Assembly: GCA_003427395.1 (NCBI GenBank)
Contig: BFEA01000011.1
Location: forward strand, 4,980,328-5,044,327
Origin: Chara braunii
Lineage: Eukaryota > Plantae > Charophyceae
DNA length: 64,000 nucleotides
Reading direction: 5' to 3'
Part shown: positions 14,451 to 26,974 of the stretch, piece by piece
Layout of the letters: the number at the start of each line of letters is the position of its first letter
Numbering within the stretch: position 1 is the stretch's first letter
The notes under the pieces: generated by a model
What the model was told of the DNA's origin: nothing
The model's database searches: none
The model's input: the letters and a program-made list of their open reading frames with translations, nothing else
Made by a program: the position numbers and the translations under genes

Positions 14451-17224
14451 TAGGTGCACTATGAGTAAGTAGGCGGCACTGCGAGGAAAGAAGGAAGGAA
14501 GAGGAAGGAAGGAAGGTAGAGGAAGGAAGGAAGGTAAAGGAAGGAGGCAAGGTAGTGAAATGAGGAAGGTGGGAGAGAACGAATACTTACCTTGAAGAAG
14601 GAAGGGATAAACAAAAAATCGAGCTATGTTGTCAAAATGCAAGTTAATCTGACCTACGAGTTTATGGCGTATCTGACCAAGCTCTAGCGGTAAATCCATT
14701 CTTATTTTGCACATTCAGTGACGAGATGACCCAACCTGAACTCGTCTCCGTTATGAAGCATTGCCACCCCGTCTTCGATCGTAGTCTTCATCTCCACGTC
14801 ATGATCGTCAACTTCATTAAATCGTGGTACTCACCTTCGCCTAGCTCGAAACGGTCATCTCCATCGGACCCCCGCGATGGTTTTAGCTCCAGGGGATGCG
14901 CTTGGTTGTGTTTGTCACGATCATCGTGCTTACCACTGGGGTGTGCCCGATCCTCATTTAGCGAAATGTTTATTATGATTTCGTTTACAATGGGCAGGCG
15001 AGTGACTATCAGCAGGGACACTCTGCAACTACGCAACAGTGGGCGTGCATAAAAAAAGAAAGGAAGAGGCGGAGAAACAGACTGAGGAAGGAACCTGACC
15101 TCACCTTTGTGAAAGATTCATTCTCAATTATTCAATGAAGGAGGGAAAAGACAGTGAGGGTGATCAGCAATAGCGGCAAGGCGTATGCATCTTTCCATAT
15201 TCTAGTGGAAGGTTCAATCTCATTAAGTGCGTGTATCCTCCTACGCCCTAGCGATAGATTCGGTTCCCTTCTGCAGGTCGTGGTTATCATCATCTAACGT
15301 CGAGGTTGACTTCTCTGAGGTTGTTGTCGAGTGTGGTCACTCTAGCCATAAAAGCCGAGCTTATCATACTTTTTCTTTGTGTTGGTTCTCACGTTCCAGC
15401 CTCTTTCTCACTCTTCCCTTGCTAATCTAGTTGAATTTGGTCGTGTTCCGGACCCGATGTATGGGTGATGACAGAAATAACGCTTGCTTGCTTATTAGAC
15501 ATATGAGGATGTGCTACTTGCAATTGAGAGGAAAGTAAGAAGTGGAAAAGGTGAGTTGGGGAAATAGTGAGTGGAGACAGATGGAACAGGAGAAGGTCTG
15601 AGGTGGAGGAAAGAGGCGCAGTAAGGTAATGGAATGATAATGCCATTATAACCGAGTCATTAGTCCTTCGGTGCAGAGCTCAATTCAAAATTCGGTTTCC
15701 CTGGGGGTCGTTCGACTCACCAGGTCCAAAGATAGCAATGATTGGCGAATTCAAGGCTATTCGAGCCTGGTGTTGCTCGTGCAAATTTTTCAATTTATGA
15801 ATTTAAGTATAAAATCAGATATATGTGTATATATCATGCATATCACTTGGCAGACTAGGCGCCATAGGTTGGGAAATCCAGTCACATAAGCCAATAGAAG
15901 ACAAACTTTAAGGCAGAAATAAGTAAAATTCAAAATATACTATTGAAAGGTAATTGTTTACCATTCGTGAAGAGAGTCATTGATTCATTTTTTCCTTGTT
16001 TTGATGAGATCACCTTGATCTTCGACATTGGACATGTTGGCAGAGATATGTTGAGCACAGGATTGGGTCGTGGACGGAGATAGGCATGAGGGTAATAGAG
16101 ATGTTTGAGAGAGGATCGGACATGGGATTTGAACATTTTTTTTTCTTTTTTTCATAGTGGCTCATGTATGTGGACGTGTTTGCAGGGAAGGGTGAGTTGT
16201 TTCTTCACTTTCTTTGTCCGTATAGGGGCTACTACGAACCAAATGTGCGAAATGAGAATCAATTTTTCGTAGGATATGATATGAGAAAGTACACTGCAAT
16301 GTTTTTTGTTTTTTGGCATATGGAGAGTAACGGAGCAAGACCCTGGTTGACGGTAGTGCAAGATTACTTCATTTGTCCACAAGCATTTTGACATCACGAT
16401 GCGGAGAAGCAGGACATCAAAAGGTCAGAAGGCAGGAAGGGAAGCGGTGACAAAGGCAAAAGGAAAACAAGGTCGTAAGAAAGTCAGAAGGTGTGAAGAG
16501 AAGCAGTGATAGAGAGAGGAGGAAAATGAGGTAAATCTGCATCGACATTTCGATGTACATTTGTGTTCATTATTGTCCAGATGCAAAGATGAGAAAGGAG
16601 CGGTGAGCGGCCTGAAGATCTATGAAGGTTACTATGCACGGTTAGTGTGGGTTGTGTGACTGTTGGGGATGCAACAACGACGTGCTGGTTGAGGATAAAG
16701 TGCATAGGTTGCCCGCTTCATCGTCACGAGGATGTAGTGCATCGATTGCCCGCCTTCGTGGTCACCCGAGAAGGCAGGAACTATTCGACGACGGGATGAA
16801 AGTTAAATGGGGGTGGGTTGGAGGTGGAATGCGTTGCTTCTTTAGCGTGTTGCCATATCACTGTCATCCCATTGTGATTCGTTTTTGCCTTGTCGAGGAA
16901 CCACGATGACTTCACGGGCAGGCCAGCTTGGTTGGGCTGCACCTCCAACCTGCTACCATCTTAGCACTGTCCTATTGTCGATTCATTTTCGCATTTTTTT
17001 AGAACCACGATGGTTGTGGCGACAGGCAGTGGAACCCAGGATCGGAAGTACGATGCCGGTATTCTTGTGTGGAAAGGTTTGGAGGGGGGAATGCAGATGT
17101 TTGGCGAGAAGATCGCAACAGTGGTGAGTGGTTGGTTTGCCAAGTGTTCGGTCTGCAACTTGTAGCAGAGGCATACTTATTTTTGTTTCTCTTTCTTTCT
17201 TTCTTTCTCTTCCTCTTTCTTTCA

Positions 17225-17630
17225 TTTTTTTTTTTTTTTTTAATTTTAGCTACGCTATATTCTTTTCTCAGATCTTTCATTATCTTTCAATTCACCTTCA
17301 CGACCTACCTACCACTACTCCTAAGGCTTATATAGGGGACCCCTGCGAACATAGGTTTGTTGTCTCCCTCCAACCATCAGAGGGGATGCATGTTGCCCCC
17401 TGCCCCAACCATGGTGGTCAAGGATGGGGTGAGGTCGTCGGTGGGGATCCAGCTAACGCAAAAACCGAGAATTTTGCCAGTAGTTATGCTTCTATTTTCT
17501 TCCAACCCCAACCGAATAACAACAATGTCTAAGGCCAACACTCTCTCACACACAACCCACTCACACTCACACTCACACCTATGCTGGCCAAGGACCCTAC
17601 TAATACCGATAAGCGGTATCGAGTGGACTA
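17225..17630 (-). mobile_element. 5'-truncated copy of the same SINE
   Basis: Aligns by eye to 26460-26870; poly(T) on the + strand at 17225-17241. Confidence 0.8.
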
Positions 17631-18438
17631 TTTTGTTTTTTTAATGTGCTTTGCTGCTTGTGATGTTGTTTACAATATTTTGTGGGTTCTTTCTGGTCGT
17701 GTGATCAAGAATCATGAACAGACAGTCCACACGCCAGACAACATCAGAAAACCGCACAGGTAAGTCCATGTTAACATCAATCAATATATCAACGAGGTAA
17801 GTCTAGATCCACATATCAACACTCAAAGGGACACATCATCCCGTCCTCCTTCTGTTTCGTCGTTGGCTTATTTTCAACAACCGCAATCTCTCTTGAGTAT
17901 ACCACGCAGGCAATGCTATCACCAGTATGCCACGTAGGCAATACTCCGCCGACATGCCACATAGGCAATGCTCTTGCTAGCATGCCATGTGCGCAATGCT
18001 CTCGTCAATATGCCATGTGAGCAATGCCTTCGTCAATATGCCACGTGGATAATGCTCTTGTCAATTTGCTACGCACACACCTTTATCGCCAGATGCCACA
18101 TCAACGTTTGGTTGTCTTCTTCAACGCTCTTCAATCAATGCAACTTCTACTGGCGATTTATTCCCTTTGTGGGAGCCAACCAGTGAGTGTCACATCAGCG
18201 CGGGCCTATGGTAAGAACCACTCTACCTATGCCACGTCAACACCCCTTTCAAAGAGAGACTATCTTGGCGACATATTCCAACCAACGAGTGTCAGCCAAC
18301 GAGTGGTACGTGGACACAAACATATTGTTATAACCACTTTGCAAGTGCCACGTCAACACTCTATCAAAGAGATATCTTCAACTTCTGTCGCTCGGTCGTC
18401 TTCAATCGAGCAGCAAATCAGCGAGATGAGGTGAGTTC

Positions 18439-18450
18439 GCTCCGATACCA
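18439..18450 (-). promoter_or_regulatory. Primer-binding site (tRNA-iMet-like)
   Basis: Minus strand TGGTATCGGAGC, 3 nt from the LTR-terminal CA. Confidence 0.75.
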
Positions 18451-18453
18451 AAT

Positions 18454-19560
18454 TGTAATGAACCCAGTGTTGTCGTCCAATCATGTCATCACACAGCAAT
18501 GTCGTGCAATATCGAGAGATAGTTAATCCAATAAGTCCAACAATTCGAGATTATTGAAGTGCATGTTTCCTTTTTATTATGCGTAAAGTTTCAAAGTCCA
18601 CAATATCCAGACAAAATAGGAGAGGAGAATAGAAAGTCGAAAGCAGAAGTGTAACCCTTAAGCCTCTTCTCCCCACCTCTGCCATGCCAACACTCCGTAC
18701 TCAATATGCCATATCAACAATGGGTACTCAATATGACATGTAAGCAATGCCAGCGGGTACTCAGTGTGCCACGTCTGCAATCTGTACTCAATGTGACACG
18801 TCAGCAATCTGCATTCAATGTGCCATGTCATCAATCTGCACTCATTATAACACGTGGTCAATTTGAACACAACCCTTCGCAGATATCCTCTAGCAGTGAG
18901 CAGAATCAGCAGTAGCTTCATATTGGAAAGAACAGGTACATCCGCACGACGACTTACATCACCTACACTCTCTCTCTTCCTCTCCTCAATTCCTCGCCAC
19001 CATCTATGGTTGTGGCAGTGACCGCTCCCCTCTCCCTATACTACAATATCTTGGCTGACGCCCATCCAACAACTTGGCGCCAACACCACTTCTCAAGCCT
19101 CACGTGCAGCATCGTAGCTGCAAGCAACTTGCAAGACTGAATGCTCGAGCAGTCAAGCTTTTGTAGCGTTGACTTGCGCTATCCAGGGTCAACATTGGCC
19201 CATGTGAGGGTCTGGATCATCCGATCAGTCTCAGTTTCGGCTTGGACTCCTCTATGCCTGAATCTTTCGGAACCTGCAGACAACTGTTAGATCATTCCAG
19301 ATCAATGACCAGAAAATCTTTGTTGTTAACTTTGACTTCTCGGATTTGGGCCTGGGTCCATGAGTTGACTGTTGACTTTTCGGTCAATTGTTGGCCTGTA
19401 CCTTTTTTAGGCCTCTTTAAGCTTTCTTTTCAATGTCTGCCTGTTTGGCACACGAGCTACAACATCAGTACTTAGGAAACTTAAAAGAAAAATCAGGCCA
19501 GAAAAAACAGCATACACCATTAGAGAGTTTCCTTGAAATCCTGGCCAGAAAAAACAGCAT
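18454..19560 (-). mobile_element. LTR of a gypsy-type element (right boundary approximate)
   Basis: On the minus strand it ends GGGTTCATTACA, followed 3 nt later by the PBS; same terminal motif as the solo LTR at 53076-54213. Confidence 0.65.
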
Positions 19561-20929
19561 ACATCATTAGAGAGTTTCCTTGAAATCCTTCCAGGGAGAG
19601 GAGGGGAGGGGAAGGGGTTGCCTTTGCTGGGCCTTGGGAATGACGAGGAAGATGATGAAGAGGTGGAGGAAGAAGATAATGAGAAGAACGATGAAGATGA
19701 GAATGTCGAGAGTCCTACAGAGTCTGGGCTTTCTCCTTTGCCTAGGGGTCTTCGGTGGTTGAAGGGTTGGGGGTTGATGATGGGAGGAGGAAGGAGGGTT
19801 AGTTACTAAGAAAAGGGGGGGAGCGGGATCTGCTAAGGAGGAGAAGGCGTGTCCGAGGAAGAGGATTATTCCACTTCGGCCCGTTTCAGTCTACGCTTCG
19901 TAGAGGTGGGTGGGGGGAGCTGCTTGGTCACTATCTTCATCTTCTGGGGTATCTGCTTCTCTAAAATGGAAGCACTTGGAGCTGCAACGCTTTGAAAATA
20001 TGATGAGTCGAGGATAATCTGACATGAAAGGAGGAGGGATTTCCAGAGGTTGGGGCAGAAAGTGCTCGTAGTGAGGAAGGTTGCCGAAGGCTTTCTTGCG
20101 CAGGAACTTGAACCACGGTCCTGGTCCCTAGTTGGCAAACTCCTCCAGATGAAGAACTTGGATGACAAAATCAACAAGGAAAGCGAGGAATTCCCTGAAG
20201 AAGTCCGAGATGGGGAAGGCGAGGTACGAAGAAGTGGCGATCGCTGGGAGATTATCCGTTAAAGTGAGGAGCCCCTGCTTTACCCATGAATACGAGAGTC
20301 TTGAGTTGGTGTTGGCAATGCACATGGCGAAGCAGTAGAAGTTGGCGGCGATGTTTTGAGCGCGGAACTCCTTGAAGTCAGCCAGGTCCCAACGCGCTAT
20401 GAGAAGCTCGTGAGGAGAGAGAGAGGAAAGTTGACTCTGAACTGACAGAGGTGAGATAAAAAAGGGCAGTGGAGAAAAGGGAGTACGAGAGCAATTGGAT
20501 AGCATGGTTCCTTTTGAGAATGTAAATGGATTTTTTCTTGTTTTTTAAGTAAAACTTGGTGGCGTCCCGACGGAAGTTGATGAGATCGTCGATGTTGAGC
20601 AAGGCACCGTACTTAACTTCCACCAGCTTCTTCTGAATGAGAAGCAGGTGAGGGGGAATTATTAGCGGGAGCATGTAAAGGTGAAGCGGGAGGAGGCGAG
20701 CATTGGGAGGATCGACGGCGAAAAATCTTTCTAATTGCGGATCGGTGGAAATTGGAGGGGAGGGATTGCCTGGGCTGGGTGACTCGATAAGAGAGTAGAA
20801 TATGGAAAGGAGGATTCCAGGCGGTTGTGGAGTGGAAGATTGAGGGAGAAGGTGGGCAGGGAAGTGATATTTGACAAACGGATCGAAGAGCGGTTTTTCA
20901 TCGGGGGGGGGGGGGGGGGGGGGGGGGGG

Positions 20930-20992
<63 letters not shown>

Positions 20993-21560
20993 GAGTGGTA
21001 AGAGAGTGAAGGTGAGGTCGAGTGCTGAGGTGGAGAAGAAGAGCGGAAAATGGGGGAAGAGACAGCATGGGAAGGTGATGGAGGAACGGTGGACAGCACA
21101 GGACTGCCCGGGCGATTGTCTCTGTTCATTGGAGGTGGTGGTGGGGAGAGACTGAGCTTACTGGTCTTAAGTAGGCGAAGTGAAAGATTGACTGACCGTG
21201 AGGGTGATGACAGGACTGACCTCCCGCAGACTTGACTGAGCTGACCAACGACGGGGCAAGCGGCCAGGCGGAATTGCGCAGAGGTGGTGCGAAGGGCCTG
21301 ATGGAGCGGTGGGCAGAGGAGGTGCGGAGGGCCTGGCGGAGCGGTGGGCAGGCAGGGTGAAGGCAGTGGAGTGGCTGGCAGAGAAGAGGGCGCAGGCTGC
21401 AGTTGGAGATGGTTGCAGCCTCTGGCCAAAATTGGCGAGTGAAAACGACCGCTCTTCCAATAACCCGGCTGACTCGCGTGATGTGACTGCAGGTTCGCAA
21501 TTGCAATGAACGCTACTGCGGGAGGACGCAGAGCTGCAGGCATGCCGCGCGAGAGTTGCC
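19560..21560 (-). mobile_element. Degraded long ORF of an unclassified retroelement (gag/ORF1-like, possibly DIRS)
   Basis: Overlapping minus-strand ORF fragments (20731-21543, 20378-20674, 20128-20505, 19866-20177) with a C/T-rich coding strand like the DIRS at 12.4-14.4 kb; no diagnostic motif. Confidence 0.35.
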
Positions 21561-22903
21561 AACCTGCATGCTCCAGTGACCTATACAGTGGCTGCTCCAG
21601 GGAGCTGCAGCCTATGGGCCACCGAGGGCCTGCTCCATCCTGGATGAGTCCCAGTGGAACTCGATTCCTTTCCTAGATGTTGGCTCAAACGCACTCATGT
21701 CCGTAGGTCTCGTAGCTCCAGTGGTGAGAAGAGGCAGTCGCTGCGCATGCAGGCCGCCAATCATGAAGAAATCCATGGTCCGTAGAGAAAGCTAAGGGAA
21801 CCGAAATGGCTCAATAGTTGGCAGGGCCAGTGCCTCGAGGAGAAACCGTCCAACCTCCTGTGGAACGCGGGCAACCCTCCAACCAGAAACCAATGAGAGG
21901 GCCCGCCGTGGGCCAAATGCATCCTTTAGTAGGTCCAGCCCCACAAAAGGCCTGTAATAATGTGGGGTATCAGAACTGGCAAAAGAGCGCCCTGAGACTC
22001 CCTGGAAAAGCACGTCGGATCCTACCCTAAGTTTTTGGCCGTAGATAAGGGAGATCGACGGCCCGATAAGAAAATCACATAGACTGGGTTCTCGCCCACC
22101 CCAGTTTCTGTCGTTTGTTTTTCCTTCTCCTGGGGTCATTTCCCCCCAGCTCCCCCCACTCCTCCAGCGCTCGTTTCTCAATTTGTATATTGTATTGTAT
22201 ACTATTGTATACAGGTAGTCAAAAGGCACTGCTGATGTTCATAGGGGGAGGGGTAATCGGGGAGGCACAGCGACTGGCCACTCAGATGATGCTCGGTTCC
22301 TCTGCTACCGGCTGTCCCCTGGCCGGTGGCCCCCGTTGGGGGTTCCCTGAAGGCAATCAAGGGCACCCTGGGCTGAAAAGGCCACCCGATGTCAGATTAG
22401 ACACAATATTGAATTTACCTGGGCTGGTTAGTCCGATGATAATACCTCAAGGCCATCGCCCTTTCAAAAAAAAAGAAAAAAAAAAAGGCACTTGAAAAGT
22501 CAGAAAAAATTCGATTTCTTTCCCCTTTTTTCTTTTACGGTCTTTGTAGCTATACTTGGCTAACTTTGCAGTCCAGATGCAGCAGAAATGACCATATTAC
22601 GTTCTATTGGGGGCAAAAAAGAAAGGTAGCGACATGCACGGTCGATTGTGCAGCGGAGCGACATGTTCGGCTGGCGAGCCACCTCCTCGGCTATTTTTTT
22701 CCTTTTTTTCTTTTTTCTTTTGTGCCCAAGGCAAAAACATACAACAATACCTTTCTCGGCCATTTCGCTAAGATCAAGTGTAGTGTCTGATCCGTGGTCT
22801 ATCGGACTGCACTTGAAAACACACACACACACACACACACAACAAAAGAGTTCCAGAAAATAAGGGGTCGTTTTTGGGCCTCGGCTAATCAAAGGCAATC
22901 TAT

Positions 22904-22937
<34 letters not shown>

Positions 22938-24277
22938 TTCTATTTTCCTCATTTATCTCATCCTCTCGCTACTCTATGTATATTATGGGGGAAACCGAAG
23001 GAAGACTATGTGAACGATTGACAGCTCCTATTGCTCGATGTGTGTTCTTCTTTGTTTTTTGCCCCTTCTGATTGCTTTGCGGTTCATGCATATTCGGCAC
23101 TTCTTGAGTGACCTTTCTGGAAAGGGGAGCTACTGAGGTGGGGGGGGGGGGNGAAGAAATAGGCTATCGCGCACTCGAGCGACCGGGGAAAAAAAATAGG
23201 CTTGCGCACTTGACCGACCAAGAAGCGGAGGAGCGCGGGGTCGAAGGGGTAATCTGCTGGATCCGATTACTCGGCAATATTGATGATGGCTTTCAATCAT
23301 GAATGGCAGTACCAGGAGGTCAGTGCCCGGTTTTTGTCCGTTTCCCCCCCAGCCCCCCCCCCTCTCCCTCCCCCCAAACCCCCTTTTAAATGGGCGATGG
23401 CTTTGAGATGTTATGTGTTATGATCGAGTTGACCAGCCCCAGGTCTTTTTTTTTGTTTTTTTGTTTTTTTGTTTTTTAAACCCCAGGTCATTTTAGAAGT
23501 ATGTCGTTGCACACATCTATCTAGGTCCCATCAGGATTTTTTTTTTTTTTTTTTTTTTGTTTTGTTTTTTTTGTGGTCCATCAGGATTGATTATGCCTAG
23601 AGATGAAATACCAACTGAGGCGGGGACTGAGGCGGGGGGGTGTATTTTAATAGTTCATGGGTGTAGCAACGGAGCTAGGCTAGGCTGATGGGTCTCCCGC
23701 GGCTTTTGCATTTTTGAATCTGAAGTCTGACTGGGAATGGAATGAAAAGGAGCGTAACCTACATCAAACCAAAAAAAAGAAAAGAAAAAAAAAGAAAAAA
23801 AAGAAGAAAAAAAGAGCGTAACTGCAACCATGTTCACAGAGAAAAAAGAAAAAGAAAAAGAAAAAGAAAAAGAAAAAGAAAAAGAAAAAGGAAAAAGGAA
23901 AAAGAAAATAGAGAACGTAATGAACGATCGATTGATACCAGAAGCATGTGGGGAGCTTCCCGTCGTGGAAAATTGAGGCGCAGTTGATGATGCAGGAGGA
24001 AAGGTTGATGATGAAAGTGAGGAGCGATTGGTGATGATGCACGAGGTCGTTGGGCAGGGAAAAGGAAAAAGGATCTCACAGGATCGGTCAGGATTTATCG
24101 AGGTGTTTGAGCGTTCATTTTGTCTAAGTAGAAAAAGGATGAAAACAACACTCCCTCTTGTCCTAGACCGTCTTGTGTGTAGCGCCCGCACCTTCACATA
24201 TCTATACGATGGCCGATCCCTCAACTCCTTCCCCGTCCATCATCTCTTTCACCCGTACTGGCCGCGTCTACGTGCAG

Positions 24278-24368
<91 letters not shown>

Positions 24369-25073
24369 NNNNNNNNNNNNNNNNNNNNNNNNNNNNNNNN
24401 NNNNNNNNNNNNNNNNNNNNNNNNNNNNNNNNNNNNNNNNNNNNNNNNNNNNNNNNNNNNNNNNNNNNNNNNNNNNNNNNNNNNNNNNNNNNNNNNNNNN
24501 NNNNNNNNNNNNNNNNNNNNNNNNNNNNNNNNNNNNNNNNNNNNNNNNNNNNNNNNNNNNNNNNNNNNNNNNNNNNNNNNNNNNNNNNNNNNNNNNNNNN
24601 NNNNNNNNNNNNNNNNNNNNNNNNNNNNNNNNNNNNNNNNNNNNNNNNNNNNNNNNNNNNNNNNNNNNNNNNNNNNNNNNNNNNNNNNNNNNNNNNNNNN
24701 NNNNNNNNNNNNNNNNNNNNNNNNNNNNNNNNNNNNNNNNNNNNNNNNNNNNNNNNNNNNNNNNNNNNNNNNNNNNNNNNNNNNNNNNNNNNNNNNNNNN
24801 NNNNNNNNNNNNNNNNNNNNNNNNNNNNNNNNNNNNNNNNNNNNNNNNNNNNNNNNNNNNNNNNNNNNNNNNNNNNNNNNNNNNNNNNNNNNNNNNNNNN
24901 NNNNNNNNNNNNNNNNNNNNNNNNNNNNNNNNNNNNNNNNNNNNNNNNNNNNNNNNNNNNNNNNNNNNNNNNNNNNNNNNNNNNNNNNNNNNNNNNNNNN
25001 NNNNNNNNNNNNNNNNNNNNNNNNNNNNNNNNNNNNNNNNNNNNNNNNNNNNNNNNNNNNNNNNNNNNNNNNN

Positions 25074-25127
<54 letters not shown>

Positions 25128-25917
25128 CTGTGCTCCCACCTCTCCCTTCTACTCTGCATCGTCCTGCATCAAAGCCCATACTTACTTACTTACACTGGTA
25201 GGACTTAATCGACCGAATCTGGTCGCGACCACAGTCGAGTACATCCAAGAAAAGTAGACATGCGATCCCTCTTCCCCCGCATGCAACGCATCCGTCATCA
25301 CGACTGTGTGGGAACGTCATCACGACTGGGATTCTATCTCATCTTCAGGGGCGAGGTCCGACTAGCAAAGAGGATTAGATTTCCTGCCTGAACCTGGACG
25401 CGTTTGTGCAGAGGTGCAAAAAATGGCGATTGAGCTGCGTTTCTGCATCTCTGCGTAAACCACATCCAGATTCAAGCACTCAATCAATTCCCCTTTGCTA
25501 ATGGGACCCCGCGCCCCAGCATGCTATATTCGGGGGGCGTTGTATTCGGGAGGGGGAAACGGTGCTGCTTTTTTTGGCATTGCCTTGCTCATCCTCTCCT
25601 CTCTTCCCCCCCTTCCCCCCCTCCCCATCATCTCCTCCTCAGCCAATCTCTCTCATTCGCTGTGCCATATTTGCTTCCTCTCTCACCCCTTGTTTTTGTT
25701 CCCGTTTTCTCCCCTCCCTCCTCCTTCCCTTTTCTTCCTCCCTCCCTCCCTCCCTCCCTCTCTCCCTCCGTCCTCCTTTTGGGCTCCTCCTTTGTTCCTT
25801 CCTCGCTCATCTTTTATTCTCGTTCACCCTCCTTGTTCTGTTTTTTTTTTTTTGGTCATTTTTCTGTCACCTTTTATTCCACCTCTCCCTCCCTCTTTTC
25901 TCGTCTAGAAATCACCA

Positions 25918-26078
25918 AACTACGCATTCGGAGGCTGCGAGTGCAAGTTTTTCCAAGCATGGGCCTATGAGTCAGTTTCTTTGCCCTCTCCTGATCCGAA
26001 GCGCTACGGATTTGGAGGTCGAGAGTTCGAGTCTTTCCAAGCGTGGGCCTGTAACTCAGTTTCTTTGCCCTCTCTTGA
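25918..26078 (+). repeat. Tandem pair of tRNA 3'-half-derived units (about 85 bp, Arg-ACG-like)
   Basis: CTACGGATTTGGAGGTCGAGAGTTCGAGTCTTTCC plus a diverged upstream copy, each followed by GGGCCT..TCAGTTTCTTTGCCCTCTC. Confidence 0.5.
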
Positions 26079-26303
26079 GTCGAAGGGCCAATGGGAGAGA
26101 ACGGGCGGGGGGGGTGTGTGGATGGGGGGGGTCGGAAAGGACTGCCACGCTATGTTACCAGAGTGGCCCGGGACCACTTGCCCGCCCGGGCCAAAACTGA
26201 AGTAAAAATTTAAATAATATTTTTTAATTTTAATTTTATTTTGAATTTGGCAAAGAATTTCGATCGGATCCCGAGGCAAAAGTTTATTGTTTGTGCATAA
26301 CGT

Positions 26304-26339
<36 letters not shown>

Positions 26340-26432
26340 CACGGGGACCTTTCCTGGCGCTTGCCCAGCCAGGCCGCCGGGGCAACCAAGGTTGCCCAGG
26401 TGGCCCTGTTGGTACCACAGCTGCCACGTCAG

Positions 26433-26972
26433 TTTTTTTTCTTTCTTTTTTTTCCCGGTAAAACTACGCTATATTCTTCTCTCAAATCTTTCGTCATCTT
26501 TCAAATTCTTTCAATTGACCTTCACTACCTACCTACCACTACTCCTAAGGCTTAGACAGCAGACCCCTGCCAACATAGCTTTATTGTCTCCCTCCAGCCA
26601 TCAGAGGGGATGCATGTTGCCCCCCCCCCTCAACTATGGTGGTCAAGAATGGGGTGGGGCCGCCGGTGGGGGTCCGGGTAACGCAAAGACCGAGCATTTT
26701 GCCCGTAGCTGCTGCGCCTCCCTTTTCATCGTCCCCCACCCCAACCGAATAACAGCAGTGTCTAAAGCCAACACTCTCCCACACACCACACAACCCACTC
26801 ACACTCACACTCACACCCGTGTTGGCCAAGGACCCTGCTATTACAGATCAGAGGTATGAAGCGGACTATCACTGCTGGTTGGCACTAAGTGCGCCGCAGG
26901 CCGTTGTGGGGATTGAACCCACAACCTCCTGAATGCCACTTGCATGCCTAACCAACTGAGCTAGGCCGCTGG
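26433..26972 (-). mobile_element. tRNA-derived SINE
   Basis: Head GCGGCCTAGCTCAGTTGGTTAGG...GGGTTCAATCCCCAC (A and B boxes) at 26899-26972; body shared with 17225-17630; A-rich tail. Confidence 0.8.
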
Positions 26973-26974
26973 AT

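Noticed and set aside
20731-21543. 270-aa proline-rich ORF resembling an extensin or formin
   Set aside because: The poly-Pro comes from an 89-nt poly-G run inside a decayed TE-like region; no formin or extensin domain.
24028-25257. Long ORFs spanning N runs (also 50715-51604)
   Set aside because: Artefacts of assembly gaps and microsatellites; no coding information.
26899-26972. Functional tRNA gene
   Set aside because: Acceptor and anticodon stems do not pair well, and it heads a SINE body shared with 17225-17630.
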